From: Promethearchaeota archaeon
GTDB taxonomy: Archaea; Asgardarchaeota; Lokiarchaeia; Sigyniarchaeales; SOKP01
Length of the DNA: 64,000 nt
Direction: 5' to 3'
NCBI GenBank assembly: GCA_016840085.1
Contig: JAEOTA010000051.1
Span: forward strand, 32,001-96,000
Both the position numbers and the translations under genes were made by a program. Below are positions 61,368 to 64,000 of the stretch, in pieces. The notes beneath the pieces are model-generated. The model ran no database searches, had not been told where the DNA came from, and worked only from the letters and a program-made list of their open reading frames with translations. How positions within the stretch are numbered: position 1 is the stretch's first letter; the number at the start of each line of letters is the position of its first letter.

Positions 61368-61491
61368 AAAGAAAAGATCCAAAAGTATATGCAGGTTGGG
61401 CGGAAACTCCTTTCTATTTAAAAAACGGATGGAAAATTGCCCGAAAGTATATTGTTTTTGAAAAACAACTGTAAAAACTAGAATTGAACCT
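61368..61491 (+). repeat. Direct repeat A, copy 2 (orphan GNAT 3' end)
   Basis: Encodes RKDPKVYAGWAETPFYLKNGWKIARKYIVFEKQL* with no upstream gene body. Confidence 0.93.
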
Positions 61492-61593
61492 GGATCAAAG
61501 TTAATGGATTCAAATTCTCCTACGAACCTCTTTCACGAGAGCTTTTATTAGATCTGCTTTAATAGAAAAATAAAAGAGATAATAAAAAAACAT

Positions 61594-62937
61594 TTATTTT
61601 AATTTTTTCTTTAAATATATTGCTGTTATCACACAAATAACACTAATTAACAGTAATAAGGGATAACCAGGAATTACTGGTTCTCTTTTTTTAATGGTGT
61701 TTTCAACCCCATATTTCACCAAAACCATATCACCATTCTCCATCCCAAAACTATATGTGGTTCCCGAAAGATAAATGTTTTCTGACGAATCCACTGCCAC
61801 TCCATTGCCCAATTCCTTAGAAGTCCCCCCCCATATGCGACTCCATTGCTGCACACCCGAGCTGCTATATTTCACCAAAACCATATCTGGTTCTCCTACA
61901 TCGGAGTTTGTTGTATATCCTGTAATATAAATATCATCAGATGAACTCACAGTAACCCCATGACTTTCATCAGAATAAATTCCACCCCATATACGACTCC
62001 ATTGCAGCCCACCAGAACTGTTATATTTCACCAGCACCATATCATTTTCTCCCACCACAACACTGTATGTATCTCCCGCAAGATAAACATTGTCAAACGA
62101 ATCTATTGCCACTCCGAAACCAACATCCCAATCACGCCCTCCCCATATACGACTCCATTGCAGGTCACCAGAGCTGTTATATTTCACCAGAACCATATCT
62201 TCAACCCACGGCTCGTAAAAAACTGTTTCTCCCGCAAGATAAACATTGTCTGACGAATCTACTGCCACCCCATGGCCCTCATCATATCCGCCGAAGCCCC
62301 ATGTCTTATTCCATTGCAGCCCACCAGAACTGTTATATTTCAAAAGAATTACATCCTTACCTCCTACACCGTAACTCGATGTGTATCCTGTAACATAGAC
62401 ATTGTCTGATGAATCTACTGCCACTCCAAACGCAATATCATTTTCAGTTCCACCCCATGTACGATTCCATTGTTGTACACCAGAACTGTCATATTTTATC
62501 AAAACCAGATCAGTTCCTCCTGCCCCGAAACTATATGTGGTTCCCGAAAGATAAATGTTTTCTGACGAATCCACTGCCACTCCATGCCCATTATCATGAT
62601 AACTTCCACCCCATGTACGATTCCATTGCTGTACACCAGAACTGTTATATTTTACCAGAACCAGATCAGTTCCTCCTGCTCCGAAACCATATGCTTCTCC
62701 CGCAAGATATACATTATCTAATGAATCCACAGCAATTCCATTGCCACGATCCTCAAAACGCCCACCCCATGTGCGATACCAATCAACTTCAAAAGAATTA
62801 CTGGCAGATGAAGAGCTTCTAATATTCCTGCTAGCCTTAGCATCTTGTTCATTAAAAAGTGTGTTTGTCTCTTGGAATATGAGACTAAAATACAAGATAG
62901 AAATAAATACTATTATAGAATATTTTTTTTTTTTCAT
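61594..62937 (-). CDS. Secreted seven-bladed beta-propeller (SBBP-repeat) surface protein with Loki-CTERM-like anchor
   Basis: Signal peptide; seven ~52-aa repeats W.RTWGG..D.G.GVAVDSS.NVY..G.T..D.VLVKY; tail IPGYPLLLLISVICVITAIYLKKKLK. Confidence 0.9.
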   Translation of the reverse strand: MKKKKYSIIVFISILYFSLIFQETNTLFNEQDAKASRNIRSSSSASNSFEVDWYRTWGGRFEDRGNGIAVDSLDNVYLAGEAYGFGAGGTDLVLVKYNSSGVQQWNRTWGGSYHDNGHGVAVDSSENIYLSGTTYSFGAGGTDLVLIKYDSSGVQQWNRTWGGTENDIAFGVAVDSSDNVYVTGYTSSYGVGGKDVILLKYNSSGGLQWNKTWGFGGYDEGHGVAVDSSDNVYLAGETVFYEPWVEDMVLVKYNSSGDLQWSRIWGGRDWDVGFGVAIDSFDNVYLAGDTYSVVVGENDMVLVKYNSSGGLQWSRIWGGIYSDESHGVTVSSSDDIYITGYTTNSDVGEPDMVLVKYSSSGVQQWSRIWGGTSKELGNGVAVDSSENIYLSGTTYSFGMENGDMVLVKYGVENTIKKREPVIPGYPLLLLISVICVITAIYLKKKLK

Positions 62938-63194
62938 TTTTTTTCTTTAATGTATATTTTTGGATTTAAAAATTTGTAATTAAATTTCAGATATAAACTT
63001 TATACTAAAATACAATATACGTAAAAGAACAACCATTTCCTTTATATCCATACTAATAATCTACAACTCTATTCTGCAATAAATTATTTTAAATACATTT
63101 GCAGAACTTGATAAAAAAATATAATAAAATAATTGAGCAAGCCGGAAAAAATTTAATTCAACACACCTTATAATGAGATTAGTCATGTCCCAAA

Positions 63195-63326
63195 TTATAG
63201 TAATTGTTCCTTAATTTTTTTGGCTAATTCCTTCGCTTCCTCATCGACGCTTTCGAGAATCTTAAATAATTCCTCAGGAGTAACAAGTAACGCCGCATCA
63301 AGCAGCTTTTGAAGTTCAATGACCAT
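63195..63326 (-). repeat. Repeat B, copy 2 (longer orphan gene tail, or a 43-aa ORF)
   Basis: Reads MVIELQKLLDAALLVTPEELFKILESVDEEAKELAKKIKEQLL*; core 63214-63276 matches 59722-59784. Confidence 0.75.
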
Positions 63327-63378
63327 GTTAATCCATTTCTTCTTCTGAAGATTGAAAATTACTTAATAAAATTCTTTA

Positions 63379-64000
63379 TTATTCTCTTAAAATCTCAGTG
63401 TATAATTTATTGATAAAAATGTTGAATTCTCCACTAGAAAATTTGACATTTAGTAAAGGAGTTAATAAAGCAGGTACAAAGCTCTCATTTTCATAAACAG
63501 GAACAATTTTTAATAAGCCTTTTTTTCGGAGTTGGAATGCCGCTTGCCATTCATCATTCACTGCTTTAGAGTTTAAAGCATTTTCAGAACAGAAAAGCAC
63601 AAATACATTACATTCCTTAAGAGTTCTCTCCATATATTCAACGATATTCTCTCCACTATCTACTTCCCAATACAATACTTTATTGATTTCAGGATATTTT
63701 TCTAAACTCTTTACAACCTTAGGTAATTGAAAATACTCTGAATCCAAAGTAGAATAACTTAAAAAAACATTAAACTCCTTAAATATTTCAGGTATAAATT
63801 CTAGACTAGGTACTACTTCGAATACAACTGATTTAGTGCTCGAGAAATACTCTGCAATTATCTCTTTATTATGAATCATCTTCTGAATTACACCCTCAAT
63901 TAACTTTTCATCTTTAATGCCACTGCTCTCAATTATTTCAGCAAGTTGTAATCGCGAAAATTTCTTCCCTAAATTTATAATTGTCTTTTTGAGTGAATTA
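63379..64000 (-). CDS. TIR-domain protein preceded by a PCI-like winged helix; 5' part lies beyond the window
   Basis: The frame is open to the edge: ..FSRLQLAEIIESSGIKDEKLIEGVIQKMIHNKEIIAEYF..VVF. The TIR domain follows: VFLSYS, FVLFCSEN..SKAVNDEW, IVPVY and PALL. Confidence 0.85.
   Translation of the reverse strand, partial: NSLKKTIINLGKKFSRLQLAEIIESSGIKDEKLIEGVIQKMIHNKEIIAEYFSSTKSVVFEVVPSLEFIPEIFKEFNVFLSYSTLDSEYFQLPKVVKSLEKYPEINKVLYWEVDSGENIVEYMERTLKECNVFVLFCSENALNSKAVNDEWQAAFQLRKKGLLKIVPVYENESFVPALLTPLLNVKFSSGEFNIFINKLYTEILRE

Noticed and set aside
58299-61491. Repeat A as a diversity-generating retroelement TR/VR pair
   Set aside because: Only one mismatch has adenine in the would-be template on the coding strand, and no reverse transcriptase is in the window.
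61960-62950. Plus-strand ORFs over the propeller gene, and a possible CRISPR-like periodicity
   Set aside because: These are antisense shadows of a repetitive coding sequence. The repeats are in-frame protein blades, not repeat-spacer units.
52200-64000. Integron cassette array, prophage or IS element
   Set aside because: Genes are in mixed orientation, I could not find recurring attC-like inverted repeats by eye, and there are no integrase, transposase or viral genes in the window.
1-64000. tRNA, rRNA or other structured RNA genes
   Set aside because: No GC-rich cloverleaf or rRNA-like segment is visible in any intergenic region. A tRNAscan-SE/Infernal run would be needed to exclude small RNAs.

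Overview
AT-rich archaeal chromosomal segment. The gene content (gelsolin-like domain, four small-GTPase-fold proteins, eukaryote-type PPP phosphatase, Loki-CTERM-like sorting tail, PCI-like/TIR protein) points to an Asgard archaeon, most likely Lokiarchaeia; this is inferred, not searched. About 1-39 kb is mostly housekeeping: porDAB, rio2, lsm, aroC/aroA, rpoD-rpl18e-rpl13-rps9, glyA, trmI, trpS, hisI, a thermosome subunit and pckG. About 39.6-52.1 kb is a divergent frhB-like gene and an hdrC-hdrB-hdrA-hdrA-mvhD-(hdrA-hdrA-mvhD fusion)-metV-metF-lrp redox locus. About 52-64 kb is an accessory region with pseudogenes, duplicated gene tails and defence-like domains. The best candidates for novelty are: a circularly permuted ATP-grasp ligase paired with an M14 carboxypeptidase (possible peptide tag writer/eraser); a membrane-anchored gelsolin-like protein; a possibly F420-linked Hdr-MvhD-MetVF complex with a palindromic operator; two conserved genes whose N-termini need non-canonical start codons (ACG, ATA) at the usual spacing from GGTGA; and repeated orphan gene 3' tails in the accessory region. 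I saw no rRNA, tRNA, CRISPR array, integrase or transposase. All family assignments come from recognising motifs by eye.
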